Shown in pieces: positions 48,717 to 59,340 of a stretch of DNA of 64,000 nucleotides. Positions within the stretch are counted from its first letter, which is position 1, and each line of letters starts with the position of its first letter. This stretch comes from Nitrosopumilus sp. GTDB lineage: Archaea > Thermoproteota > Nitrososphaeria > Nitrososphaerales > Nitrosopumilaceae. The stretch covers positions 576,001 through 640,000 of the forward strand of contig OZ240211.1 of NCBI GenBank assembly GCA_965197525.1, written 5' to 3'. A program made the position numbers and the translations under genes. Below the pieces are notes generated by a model. It saw only the letters and a program-made list of their open reading frames with translations. It did no database searches and was not told where the DNA came from.

Positions 48717-50939
48717 ATGAATCAAAAAACCATATCAACTACAATACTTGTTGCTGCTATTTCAGTACTAGTAACAATAGGTGTAATGATCTTAATTATT
48801 CCAACACCACCATCTACACAAATTATTACAGAACCGTCAACCCAAGAGATTCACGAGACAAATAACCCAATATATACACAAACAACGAAAACTGATGATA
48901 TTAAAAAAATAACATCGGAAGAAGAGTTAAGAGACATACTTGAGAAGAGAATACTTTCAGAACACAGAGATATAGGATTTATGAATAGAGATGTGTGGAT
49001 GTCAGGTGAAGGTATGATAGTACAGTCATCATCAGAAGCATCGGGTAAAATACAATTTGACAGTAATGAAGATAGTGCTGGGTCGAGTTACTCAACAACC
49101 AACATCCAAGTTCAAAATGTAGATGAGCCAGATTATATTAAAAATGATTCAAAATATGTATACATTGTATCACAAAACACATTATCAATAGTTGACGCAT
49201 ACCCAGCAGAGTCAGCAGAGTTAATTCTCAAAGTTGCACTAGATGTCAAATCACAGTACATTGAAAATATGTTTTTAAATAACGACAGATTAGTCATATT
49301 TTACAATGCAGATAAAAATGAACAGATTATTCCACAGTATGACTATATTCCCAGAAATACATACAAGCCAGTAACACATGCATTAATAATTGATATATCA
49401 GATAGAGAGAGACCAGCAATCATCAAAGATTATGCTATTGATGGTTACTTTAGAGACGCCCGAATGATTGACAATTATGTATATTTTGTCACAAATAGTA
49501 ATATCGACTATCAAGATCCTAGATTTCCGATAATTTTAGAAGGGTCTGCGCATGTAATGACGCCTGACGTATTTTACTTTGATAGTGAGGCAGAAGATCT
49601 GTCAAATTTTAATACGTTGACTGCAATCGATATATTCGGAGATTCAATAAACTCAGAATCATTTCTTGTAGGATATTCAGGGACATTTTATGTGTCTGCA
49701 AATAACTTTTACTTGACGTACCAAAAAGATGTATCGTTTAGATTTTATGAAGATATAGCACAAGAGAGATTCTTTAATGTAATAGTACCGCTACTGCCAG
49801 AAGATCTTCAAACAACAATAAAAGAGATTCAAGACGATGAGGATTTATCAACTAATCAGGCTTTACAGTGGGCAGAGATAGCAAAGGTAATGCAGAAAAT
49901 ATACAACGAGTTAGGAGATGGCCAAAGAGAGGCATTATTAATTAGGATACAACGTGCAGTAGAGCAATATGATATTAAAGTGCAAGAAGAGACACAGAGA
50001 GTAATAATTCAAAAGATTGCAATAGATAAAGACAGCATACAGCATGTTGCTACAGGTTCAGTCCCAGGAAGATTGCTAAACCAATTCTCCATGGATGAAA
50101 GCCAGGATAGATTCAGAGTTGCAACAACTATGGAATACTATACAGAGAGCAGAGGAGTAGAACGTGCAAATGGAGTGTATATACTAGATGAAGAGCTAAA
50201 CGTCGCAGGTAAATTAGAAAAGATTGCACCAGATGAGAGTATCTTTTCTGCCAGATTCATAGATGACAGATTATACTTGGTAACATTCCAACAGATAGAC
50301 CCATTCTTTGTAATTGACCTAGCAGGAGATACCCCTAAAATTCTCGGAGAGTTGAAGATGCCAGGATTTTCAAATTATTTGCATCCATATGATAAAGAGC
50401 ATGTAATAGGACTAGGAAGAGAGACGGCGTTAGATGACAATGATAGAGTTAGGGAATTAGGAATTAAAATTGCGCTGTTTAATGTGGCAGATGTAAATAA
50501 TCCAAAACTAGTAGATACTGTGATAATCGGGGACAGGAATCGTGTAGAATCAAGTGCAACATACGACCACAAGGCATTCTTCTTTGACAAATCCAGAGAG
50601 ATTTTATCAATCCCAATAGAGGGAGACGCAAAATATTTAGACAATAGATCTAGTAGTAAGAAACTTGCCCATGATTACATCCATTGGGAGGGGTTTTATG
50701 TATTTGATCTAGATAAAACAGACGGATTTAGTCTCAAAGGGATAATAACGCATATTGAGAATGATGATGATGATCGTTATTATTATTACGGAGTAGGCGG
50801 AAGAACGTTCTACATCGACGATGTGTTGTATACTGTAACATCTGGACACCTAAAGATGAGTGCGTTGGATAACGATTTGCAAGAGATCAATTCGATAAAA
50901 CTAAAAGATACTGGAAAATTATTAGAATATATCAAATAA
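48717..50939 (+). CDS. Secreted beta-propeller domain protein
   Basis: YSTTNIQVQNVDEPDYIKND, NQFSMDE, IFSARF, DPFFVIDL, GFSNYLHP. Confidence 0.88.
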   Translation: MNQKTISTTILVAAISVLVTIGVMILIIPTPPSTQIITEPSTQEIHETNNPIYTQTTKTDDIKKITSEEELRDILEKRILSEHRDIGFMNRDVWMSGEGMIVQSSSEASGKIQFDSNEDSAGSSYSTTNIQVQNVDEPDYIKNDSKYVYIVSQNTLSIVDAYPAESAELILKVALDVKSQYIENMFLNNDRLVIFYNADKNEQIIPQYDYIPRNTYKPVTHALIIDISDRERPAIIKDYAIDGYFRDARMIDNYVYFVTNSNIDYQDPRFPIILEGSAHVMTPDVFYFDSEAEDLSNFNTLTAIDIFGDSINSESFLVGYSGTFYVSANNFYLTYQKDVSFRFYEDIAQERFFNVIVPLLPEDLQTTIKEIQDDEDLSTNQALQWAEIAKVMQKIYNELGDGQREALLIRIQRAVEQYDIKVQEETQRVIIQKIAIDKDSIQHVATGSVPGRLLNQFSMDESQDRFRVATTMEYYTESRGVERANGVYILDEELNVAGKLEKIAPDESIFSARFIDDRLYLVTFQQIDPFFVIDLAGDTPKILGELKMPGFSNYLHPYDKEHVIGLGRETALDDNDRVRELGIKIALFNVADVNNPKLVDTVIIGDRNRVESSATYDHKAFFFDKSREILSIPIEGDAKYLDNRSSSKKLAHDYIHWEGFYVFDLDKTDGFSLKGIITHIENDDDDRYYYYGVGGRTFYIDDVLYTVTSGHLKMSALDNDLQEINSIKLKDTGKLLEYIK

Positions 50940-50965
50940 CGATGAGGGTATTATATTAAAAAATA

Positions 50966-51667
50966 TCATACTAGATGTACAATAGTAGATACACCCCTCT
51001 TATCAAACTCGACATCATTTTCAACCTCACATAAAGTTACGGTAAAGGAAATGACATCACGGGGTTTGCCCTTTTGTGCATCAAGTTTTAGATGTATATC
51101 CAGTGATTCAGATGGAAGCGTGAGAAGATCAGTCTCGTCAATGTATGCATCACAAGTAGATTCAATTCTGAACCTGTCATCTTTGAAATGGAATCCTAAT
51201 TGCATCTTTCTCCCATTTCTGCCATTCCCCTTAACATTTACATCAATAATTCCGGGGCGTGTTTCAGTGTAACCTGCTCTATGATTTACAAATATTCCTA
51301 TCTCAAGAGGTTTGCCAGCAGTGGATTCTGCCATCTTTTGGATACCGTCATTCATGACAACATCTACTGCCTTGATTGATTGAGCGACTTTTGCTATCCA
51401 TTCGTTTGTTCTAGTTATAGTGGCACGTATACCCGCCCGTCGTCTCTTATCCTCATCTTCAGGTAATTTGTAATAGTCAACCCATGCCTCATAGTCATGG
51501 GAGATATCCTCAATAAAATCAATACATGTGCGCCTGTACTCGTCAACATTGTCGGTTCTCTCAGATGCGTCATCAGTCCTCATCCCATCATAGTCCATAG
51601 GCATTGCCATACCCAAAATAGTATACAGGTCTAAAAAAACTAATCTGTGAGGTGTTGCATGCACCAA
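50966..51667 (-). CDS. Hypothetical protein
   Basis: 233 aa ORF; start uncertain. Confidence 0.6.
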   Translation of the reverse strand: MVHATPHRLVFLDLYTILGMAMPMDYDGMRTDDASERTDNVDEYRRTCIDFIEDISHDYEAWVDYYKLPEDEDKRRRAGIRATITRTNEWIAKVAQSIKAVDVVMNDGIQKMAESTAGKPLEIGIFVNHRAGYTETRPGIIDVNVKGNGRNGRKMQLGFHFKDDRFRIESTCDAYIDETDLLTLPSESLDIHLKLDAQKGKPRDVISFTVTLCEVENDVEFDKRGVSTIVHLV

Positions 51668-51716
51668 CTAGCATTACAAGATTAATGATTATAAGAGGAA
51701 TTCTTCAAAGTAAGAT

Positions 51717-52199
51717 ATGATATTCTCAGAGCTAGTTGAAGATTTACAGGCTCAACTAAAGAGAGATATGGCACAGATAACATTCCTTGTAAAAAAGAAT
51801 CCAGGAATGGGATATTCTAGAATAGTGGAGATTGGGAAAAAAGTTGGCAGACTATACAACATCAAACTGATTGTAAACTTTCCAAAAGAAGGAAGAATAA
51901 ACGAGTTTGAGATGTATGGCAGACGGGACCTGAGTTTAATCATAGACTATGACAAGAAGAGATTTCCAATAGACAGAAAAGTAATCAAAGAAAAGGCAGT
52001 AGAGATGCTAGGGAGTCATATCAAAACCGAAGATGCATACATGTATGAGAACAAAGAAGGAGTTCGAGTATCCACAGATGATTGGAAGATAGACATTCTA
52101 CCTCATTCAGTACATATTTGGACAGAGTTTGACGAAAATGTGACCAAGTTTTGTAACTGGTTGTTAGAGAATGTATATCTATTAAAGAGTATAAGATAA
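51717..52199 (+). CDS. Conserved thaumarchaeal hypothetical protein
   Basis: YGRRDLSLIIDYD, DILPHSVHIW. Confidence 0.7.
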   Translation: MIFSELVEDLQAQLKRDMAQITFLVKKNPGMGYSRIVEIGKKVGRLYNIKLIVNFPKEGRINEFEMYGRRDLSLIIDYDKKRFPIDRKVIKEKAVEMLGSHIKTEDAYMYENKEGVRVSTDDWKIDILPHSVHIWTEFDENVTKFCNWLLENVYLLKSIR

Positions 52200-52201
52200 G
52201 C

Positions 52202-52561
52202 TCAGAGATCTTCTAACGTTTCTAGTAGTTCTTGCGCCTCGGAATTCTTAGGCTGTATCTGTAATATACGTCTACAACAATCAAGTGCTTGATCTTTTTG
52301 CTCTAAGGCAAGATGTACATTAGTTTTAAGAGTCAGTGTCTCAACATCATTATTATCTAATTCAAACGCCTTCTCAAAATAAGGTAATGCACGTTTGGCA
52401 TCCTCGACGATAAAAAATATGCTCCCCATGATAAACATAAAGTCATGATCGTCAGCATACTTGGGTTCCAAGCTCCTGCCAAGTGCTACTGCTTGATCGT
52501 ACTCGCCATCTTTGAGTAATTTTTTTAGACGGCGTTTGGGATGTTTAAAGAGACCTACCAT
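52202..52561 (-). CDS. TPR-repeat protein
   Basis: A...FEKA.ELD, A..CC.RIL.I.P.N. Confidence 0.85.
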   Translation of the reverse strand: MVGLFKHPKRRLKKLLKDGEYDQAVALGRSLEPKYADDHDFMFIMGSIFFIVEDAKRALPYFEKAFELDNNDVETLTLKTNVHLALEQKDQALDCCRRILQIQPKNSEAQELLETLEDL

Positions 52562-52605
52562 ATCAGAGTACTAATTTTGTAGTTCATGCATCAATTTGAA
52601 TGTAA

Positions 52606-54084
52606 TTAGGAAGAAGAAGAAGAGCCAAGAACAATTATCCCATTTTCTACAAGGAATTGAATTCCAGAAACGAACGAGTCATCATCCAAGAGGCCTTCTG
52701 CCCACCATCCAGCATTGGTCTTCACCCAAGAAGGAATACTGGTATCGGCTGTATCACTAGTAGTGCCTTGAGATGTTTCAGGTATCTGCATAATGCCATT
52801 ATCAATAAGATAGACAATTCCGTTTATAAACGAGGAATCATCCAAGAGGCCTTCTGCCCACCATCCAGCATTGGTCTTCACCCAAGAAGGAATAGCAGTT
52901 GTTTGAGAAGCAGGGGCGTCATCATTGGGAAAGATCTCAATTTCCATTTGTAGATAATCAGGAACATCTGATGGAACAATTCCTATACGTGCTAGACCAT
53001 GTACCCATATCACATAGTTGGCAGTGCCCGGATCCTCCATTACAGGAAACGTAACAAGGGCCTGTCCTGATGGAGAATAAAGAAATGGTCTACCCTCTTC
53101 TTGCGCAATCGATCTTAATGGGTTTAAATCATCATCAACAACTAAAAAGTCGTATTGAACTTGGTTCAAAAACTCGGTCTCGTCACTGAATTTGAGGAAT
53201 TTTATCAACCAATACATCTCACAACCTTGAACTGGATCTTCAGGACCATAAAATGCATGTATTTGATATTGGAAGTTCTTTGTAGATTTTTTTATGGTAA
53301 CATCTTTTGTCGGATCTACATCGCAGCCAGATGCTACAAATTGGTCAGTAGTCGAGATGACTTCTGCAAATGGATCTTCAGTCACGTTTTCTTTATAGTC
53401 TAGTAACTCAAACTCGTACTCTATTGGAGGAATTCCCTCTGAAACATGAGTATATGTCAAAGCACGAATTGGGAATGGGAAATCATCTACAACCCATATT
53501 TTGCTTTCATATCCACCAGTTCTCCAACCCACTATGACAGCCTCCCAGGTACCAGCAGGAACAGTAACAACCTCAATTGCTTGGGGAGCTACCTGTTCCC
53601 CACCAATATTTGCAATCTTTCCCCAAGATATTGCACGGAACTCTTTTGGACCTTTTCCAGAACCAACTTCTGATGTTGCAAACGAGGATAGCCAACCCAC
53701 AGAGGATTTAAACGCACCACGATAAGGACCCAACTCATCGCTGCCGCCACTAGGCTCAGTAGCAACTTTTGATAGATGTAAATCTCCCACAATACGTTTA
53801 TTGCCATCATAAACTACAGCTTTTGCGAGCCATTGTGTTTCAGTACCAACTTGTATGTCGCCTTTAATCCATAAATCTAGATAAAATGTAGAGCATTCGT
53901 CATGATCTACATGACACATTCTATAAGAGAAAAAGTCACCGTGTTTGAGACCTTCGCCTGTATACCACGTCCCATCTTTGTCAACACCTCCTGATTGGAA
54001 TTGGGCATATGCGGTAGGAACTAGTAATGAGCCCAATAACAACACAGCGACAACTGCAGAGATAGATAGTGTAATTTGATTCAA
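52606..54084 (-). CDS. Secreted/surface protein with two thaumarchaeal IPSWVKTNAGWW modules
   Basis: Signal peptide; duplicated C-terminal motif. Confidence 0.8.
   Translation of the reverse strand: MNQITLSISAVVAVLLLGSLLVPTAYAQFQSGGVDKDGTWYTGEGLKHGDFFSYRMCHVDHDECSTFYLDLWIKGDIQVGTETQWLAKAVVYDGNKRIVGDLHLSKVATEPSGGSDELGPYRGAFKSSVGWLSSFATSEVGSGKGPKEFRAISWGKIANIGGEQVAPQAIEVVTVPAGTWEAVIVGWRTGGYESKIWVVDDFPFPIRALTYTHVSEGIPPIEYEFELLDYKENVTEDPFAEVISTTDQFVASGCDVDPTKDVTIKKSTKNFQYQIHAFYGPEDPVQGCEMYWLIKFLKFSDETEFLNQVQYDFLVVDDDLNPLRSIAQEEGRPFLYSPSGQALVTFPVMEDPGTANYVIWVHGLARIGIVPSDVPDYLQMEIEIFPNDDAPASQTTAIPSWVKTNAGWWAEGLLDDSSFINGIVYLIDNGIMQIPETSQGTTSDTADTSIPSWVKTNAGWWAEGLLDDDSFVSGIQFLVENGIIVLGSSSSS
52681..52894. 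repeat. 58-bp identical direct repeat (52681-52738 and 52837-52894) encoding the duplicated IPSWVKTNAGWWAEGLLDD motif
   Basis: Read directly from sequence. Confidence 0.85.
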
Positions 54085-54199
54085 TGATAATATAAAATAC
54101 TAACTAAATAGTTAAAAACCTTATCAAGGTTTCTCAAAATAAATAATAAATTTTTCTGTAAATAAGCAAATATAGAGGAAAAAGTACAGAAATTCAGTA

Positions 54200-54367
54200 A
54201 TGTGCGATTGTTCAAAAGTTCACTTGTTTGAGGTAGAGTTCAAGCTTGATGGCATGATAGTAGTTCCAACCCATAAGAATTGCGGATTTGCACTAGATGA
54301 AAAACAATCAGAAAAATTCCAAAAAGAACTAGTAAAATCATGGGGTATGGAGACCGAGGACGAATAG
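54200..54367 (+). CDS. Small conserved protein (MCDC...HKNCG)
   Basis: 55 aa ORF found manually. Confidence 0.65.
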   Translation: MCDCSKVHLFEVEFKLDGMIVVPTHKNCGFALDEKQSEKFQKELVKSWGMETEDE

Positions 54368-54545
54368 TACCACGTATTATTATTATTATTATTATCGTCA
54401 TCAGATCTAAATACTGTTAATTACAAGATAGGACAGGTAGAATCAGTAATCAAAAACAAGGAATAGTAACCGTGAACATAAAACGACGTATTTTGATAAC
54501 AGTCAGTCACAATTAAAAAATAAAAAATAGACAGTAACCATCAAA

Positions 54546-54689
54546 CTACATTTGTCCGACAGCTTCTGAGCAAACGCTAGTTTTGCATTTGCAATCTGCA
54601 CTACAGATGCAATGACTTTGCATTGCACAATCGCATTCATAATCTGGATCGCCGCTATCAGCTTCGCATCCACATGCTTGATCTACCAT
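54546..54689 (-). CDS. Metallothionein-like Cys-rich peptide
   Basis: MVDQACGCEADSGDPDYECDCAMQSHCICSADCKCKTSVCSEAVGQM*: 9 Cys, four CxC motifs. Confidence 0.65.
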   Translation of the reverse strand: MVDQACGCEADSGDPDYECDCAMQSHCICSADCKCKTSVCSEAVGQM

Positions 54690-54762
54690 ACCTGATCTCT
54701 AATTCTCTTATTTTAAAAGGTTATCGTACGCTAGAATATGACCTTGATTCATACCTCTAAAA

Positions 54763-55650
54763 TTAGATATCATAGATAGTTTTAAGAATAAAAGAGCAGG
54801 ACTCTTGTAAAAGGTCTGATTGACGCAAAAGAAGATTCAGATCACCCTCTACATCAAAAGCGGTAGTTAGAATATAGGATAAATCTTCATTATGATGCAG
54901 ATTGTCTTTGATATTTACAAAATTTTCCTTGTTGATACAGCACAGGTAGAGATAACAGTCAGAAAACATTGAATTTTTTACAAAAAAATCATATTTTTGT
55001 TGAATGATTTGAGAGTAATTATGGTTATTTCCCACAAGATCAGAGAAGCCGATCGTCGATTTTAACATACGGGAGAGGGATACAGTACTGGCTCGTTCAA
55101 ATCCCACTGTCAGGGTAACAGTAGAGATGTGTTGGTTTAGAGGAGTATCAGGCAATCCTCGAAGCAGTGCAAGCATATGAGAAGGGCTAGGATATTGATG
55201 ACTGACTGACAGTATGGCAGATGCAAGATAAATAATTGCACATTTTTGCCAACATGAGGCAAAAACGGGAGATGTTTTGACTAGTTGTTTGGTTCTCTGA
55301 GAACAAAATTGAGACTCTATCAGGCAGTTTTTTGCAAAATCAGTAAATAACAAAGATGATTTTTTACGTAGTTTTGAGAGCAGCATATGCAGACTCCAAG
55401 ATTCGTCACAGATGATTTGTAGTTGGGTGTATCCTAAAAGTCTCTTTGGCAGAATATCAGAGAATGATGCATGATGAATAGTAACAAACTCGTTATCAAA
55501 TTTTATCACATCAGGACTGTCTGAGTTTTCATCAAAAACAACAACGTCATAGTCGCAAGCATCAAAGGAGAGATTAGTGGTTCTGCAACCACTTAATCCG
55601 ACTGAAAAACGAGCTAGTCCAGAATCAGTTACAAACTTTTCAATATTCAT
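54763..55650 (-). CDS. Conserved protein with nucleotidyltransferase-like N-terminus
   Basis: GLSGCR.....DACDYDVVV (GS..DxD-like). Confidence 0.6.
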   Translation of the reverse strand: MNIEKFVTDSGLARFSVGLSGCRTTNLSFDACDYDVVVFDENSDSPDVIKFDNEFVTIHHASFSDILPKRLLGYTQLQIICDESWSLHMLLSKLRKKSSLLFTDFAKNCLIESQFCSQRTKQLVKTSPVFASCWQKCAIIYLASAILSVSHQYPSPSHMLALLRGLPDTPLNQHISTVTLTVGFERASTVSLSRMLKSTIGFSDLVGNNHNYSQIIQQKYDFFVKNSMFSDCYLYLCCINKENFVNIKDNLHHNEDLSYILTTAFDVEGDLNLLLRQSDLLQESCSFILKTIYDI

Positions 55651-56017
55651 ACATGAACTAAAAAGTATTTTCTATAAATGAATTTACAAATTGTGCTACA
55701 GGATATCTTGTAGAGGGTATGCAATTTTAAAAAAATGGTATCTATCAAATATTGGGAAAAGAGAAATGAAAAACTATAACAAATGCAGGTGGATTGATGA
55801 TTGATTAGACTAGGAACGCGTAAGAGGTTGGTCCATAACGCGTCAAATAACTCATCAGCAGGGTTCAATCCTTGTTTTTGCCATGTCAGCATATATGAGA
55901 AACACGAGATAGAATACAATAAAGAGTATAGATACGCACAAAAACAAGATCAGAAATATACCATATGCCATAGATAAAACATTTCCTTTAAATTAAGATT
56001 GAATTTATTTTTATCAA

Positions 56018-56092
56018 GCTCCTATAGTGTAGTCCGGTTAAGCATTTTGGCTTCTCAAGCCAAAGACTCGGGTTCAAATCCCGATGGGAGCA
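56018..56092 (+). tRNA. tRNA-Glu(CTC)
   Basis: GCTCCTA/TGGGAGC acceptor; anticodon loop TTCTCAA; GGTTCAAATCC T-loop. Confidence 0.95.
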
Positions 56093-57258
56093 TTATCATA
56101 TATCTGTTCAATGAAGAAACACTTTCAGGACCAGTGCAAATAGGAGTATTAGCTCCAGTCACAGGAGATCTAGCAGATGCAGGGCAGGATATATTAGAAT
56201 ATGCACAAGTGGCAGAAAATGATGTAAATTCATATCTCAGAGAATCAGGCGAGGCGTGGACGATAAATTTGGTAATTGAAGATACAGAAACCAATCCCGA
56301 TGTAGCATTAGAGAAGATAATGTTGTTGGATTCAATGAGAATTACAACAGTTGTAGGACCAGCTACTAGTGCCAATACAGCTGCAGTAAAAGATTATGCT
56401 GACACTAATGATATGTTGATACTGTCTTGTTGCTCGTCTGCTCCATCACTATCGATACCTGGGGACAATGTATACAGAATAGTCCCAGACGACAAGTATG
56501 AAGGAGGAATACTGGCAAGTGTAATAGAAGAACGTGGTATCAAAGTTTTGATTCCCGTATACCGCAACGACACATGGGGCAATGGACTGGTAGAGTCTGT
56601 GAGCAATGCCCTTATAGAATCCGGTGTGACAGTCAAAGAAGGGATACAATACAATCCAGAATCTTTTGACTTTGCCTCATCAGCTGCATTGTTAGAGGGT
56701 ATAGTCCAAGAGGAGTTAAATCTCAATGACCATGACACAGTAGGAGTGTTGCTAGCTAGTTTTAATGAAGGTGCAGAATTCTTGCCACATGCTGCCAAAT
56801 ACGACGTCTTAGACGACATGCTTTGGTTCGGAAGCCCAAGTTTAATTGAGAGCCTCACAGTGACAGATGACTCTGCAGAGATTGCATTTGCAGATGCAGT
56901 AGGTGTTATCTCAGTACTGCCAGCCATAGTTGAGAACCCCACAATACAGAGAGTCAACACAATCATGTAAGAACGGCTTGGAAGAGAACCTATACAATTA
57001 ATGTATGTAGAATATGACGCAGTTTGGATAATGGCACTTGCAATACAAGAGGCTCAGAGTACAAATGCAGACGAGTTGAATAGAATCATAAAACAAGTTT
57101 CTGCATCCTACACCGGAGGTACAGGAAAAATAATCCTAAATGACGCAGGGGATCTTAGTGGTGTTGATTATACTGTATGGGGGATGACAGATAAGAAAGT
57201 AAGCAAGATAGGCAAGTATTCAGCAAGTGATGGCTCGATAGTAATTAATTATCCGTAA
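56093..57258 (+). pseudogene. Branched-chain amino acid-type ABC substrate-binding protein, disrupted
   Basis: QIGVLAPVTGDLA, EDTETNP, VVGPATS; in-frame TAA at 56968-56970 followed by in-frame continuation into the 57001-57258 ORF; no in-frame start or signal peptide after the tRNA. Confidence 0.75.
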
Positions 57259-57317
57259 ATGCATATGTAACATTACAGTTTAATCCAAACAATCAGTTAA
57301 AAAACAATTATGCAACA

Positions 57318-57908
57318 CTAGATATCAAAAGTCTCATCCGATCCAAATTTATTCTCATAAAAGTTTATTTTATTAATTTTATAGTAAATGACTTCGCCTC
57401 TCCGCTCGATTACCGCAACTATTGGCTCTTTGCCCATCTGAGTTATCTCTTCAATCTTTTTTTGCATATTACCCATCTTCTCTTGCTGTCCCTCATTAAG
57501 ACCAAAGACAAGAAACTTTGCACCCTTTTCACCATAGTGTCCTCGCTCATAAACCCGAAAATCAGAACCGAATCCAAAGCCGTCTTTTACTACATAGCCT
57601 CGATTACGCAGATCACGATATATCAGAAATTTGGTAAGAATATCAGAATCAGTCTTTTGACATAATCCCATAAAAGAATTAAAATCAATCAGTTTGGCAC
57701 CACTACTACTACTATTGCCCTTCTTGAGAATCAATCTTTTAGTGTATAGAAGATACAGTGTCTCAAACGATTCAAGAAACATCTTTTCTTTTTGAATATC
57801 TCCAAATCCCTTTTGATCTAACTCGTGAATTACAGACTTGTCAGTGACGCATGTTTGGTTTGATACTAGCCTGCCGTCAATTACAAGGGAGGAGAGGGGG
57901 TCATCCAT
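57318..57908 (-). CDS. endA: tRNA-intron endonuclease
   Basis: YRDLRNRGYVVKDGFGFGSDFRVY. Confidence 0.9.
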   Translation of the reverse strand: MDDPLSSLVIDGRLVSNQTCVTDKSVIHELDQKGFGDIQKEKMFLESFETLYLLYTKRLILKKGNSSSSGAKLIDFNSFMGLCQKTDSDILTKFLIYRDLRNRGYVVKDGFGFGSDFRVYERGHYGEKGAKFLVFGLNEGQQEKMGNMQKKIEEITQMGKEPIVAVIERRGEVIYYKINKINFYENKFGSDETFDI

Positions 57909-58120
57909 ACGTAAGAGAGATTAGATAATTTCAATATAAGTATTAGAAAAAGGCATATCAAAGTTCCATATTACAGAAAAAAAAAGATAGTTTGCTATAA
58001 GATATGCATACTAGATACTAAACAGATGATATTGGCCCAATTTTATCGCATATTCAAGAGATAGATTGATGTAAAACGTGGCTAACCGTTAAAATATGGG
58101 CACGATACCTTGTCAATATC

Positions 58121-58630
58121 ATGCACGGAGCAAACTATAGAGATGGAAGGGGGCAAGTATTTACCCGAAAATCATATATCAAAGGCAAACCTCAGATTAA
58201 AATTGCAAAATTTCAAGGTGGGAAGAGGGGAACATACCAATATTGCGTCCAATTACTGATGAATGAAAAGATACAGATTAGACATATGGCAATCGAGTCA
58301 ACAAGATTGGCTGCAAACAAGACGCTAGAAAAGACAACTGGGGAATCAGGCTATTATTCAAGATTACGAATTTACCCACATAATCTGCTAAGAGAGAACA
58401 AGCAGATTGCCACTGCAGGAGCAGACAGAGTCTCAGAAGGAATGAGGAGGTCTTGGGGCAAGGCAACAAGTTTGGGTGCCAGAGTCAAACAAGGTCAGTG
58501 CATAATGGAACTGTATGTAAATGGAGAGGCACACATGAATGCGGCAAGAAAAGCATTGCACGGAGCATGTGTAAAGTTGCCAGGTACGCCATTAATCAAA
58601 GTGATCGAATGGGACAAGTCGTCACCATAA
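58121..58630 (+). CDS. rpl10e: 50S ribosomal protein L10e/L16
   Basis: QIRHMAIESTR, RIYPHNLLRENK, GADRVSEGMRRSWGK. Confidence 0.95.
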   Translation: MHGANYRDGRGQVFTRKSYIKGKPQIKIAKFQGGKRGTYQYCVQLLMNEKIQIRHMAIESTRLAANKTLEKTTGESGYYSRLRIYPHNLLRENKQIATAGADRVSEGMRRSWGKATSLGARVKQGQCIMELYVNGEAHMNAARKALHGACVKLPGTPLIKVIEWDKSSP

Positions 58631-58885
58631 ATTATCTAGATCGTGTTTCTTGCTTGTAAGGAACTCTAAAAACTCGTCGAACTCTTTCTGTGTAGGCTCT
58701 CGATTCAAGATTCTTTTTGATTGATAATAAAATGCGTTATAAATTCGTCCTATAGCTATGCCTCTGGCAAATGAAATGGAATCATCAATATTTGAGAGTG
58801 ATTGAATCAGTTGTCGGAGATCATCTTTGCTAGATAAGATATCTTGAATCTTTTGCTCCAGTTTGTTTAATACTAGTTTGTCCAT
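58622..58885 (-). CDS. Conserved thaumarchaeal hypothetical protein
   Basis: GRIYNAFYYQSKRILNREPT. Confidence 0.7.
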   Translation of the reverse strand: MDKLVLNKLEQKIQDILSSKDDLRQLIQSLSNIDDSISFARGIAIGRIYNAFYYQSKRILNREPTQKEFDEFLEFLTSKKHDLDNLW

Positions 58886-59340
58886 AATCTGTATTCGTTG
58901 ACCATGTTTAAAACAGTTTAATATAAAACGATGTTTTGGGAATAATGATTAATTTATAACATTGATTCAAAATACATCAATCATCAAAATTCATGCCGTT
59001 TAGAACATGATAATTAGTTAAGAGAAAGAATAACCGCAGATAGTGTATTTTTTGTAATAGTATAACATATCACGGCGATGTAAGATTTTGGGTTTTAGAT
59101 AGGATCTCAGATGATCAGAAAGAGAGATGTCTGCTAACAAAAATAACTGGTTGGATGTTCTTCCATAGTTTGCCATAATTTACAAGTGCCAAAATGACGC
59201 AACAGATACAAAATAGATGTAATTCAAATCTACAAGATGCAAGTATTTCAATCACACAATTCCGGTAGATTACCACGTGAGGAGATGATCAGGGTACTGA
59301 GAAGCAACGAGCGATAAACAACACAATATCGTAGATTAAG

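Noticed and set aside
55999-56092. 5' part of the 55999-56970 ORF as protein
   Set aside because: It reads through tRNA-Glu, so the start is spurious.
58940-59332. Gene interrupted by tnpB copy 3
   Set aside because: Hydrophobic fragments with several stops; no identifiable product.
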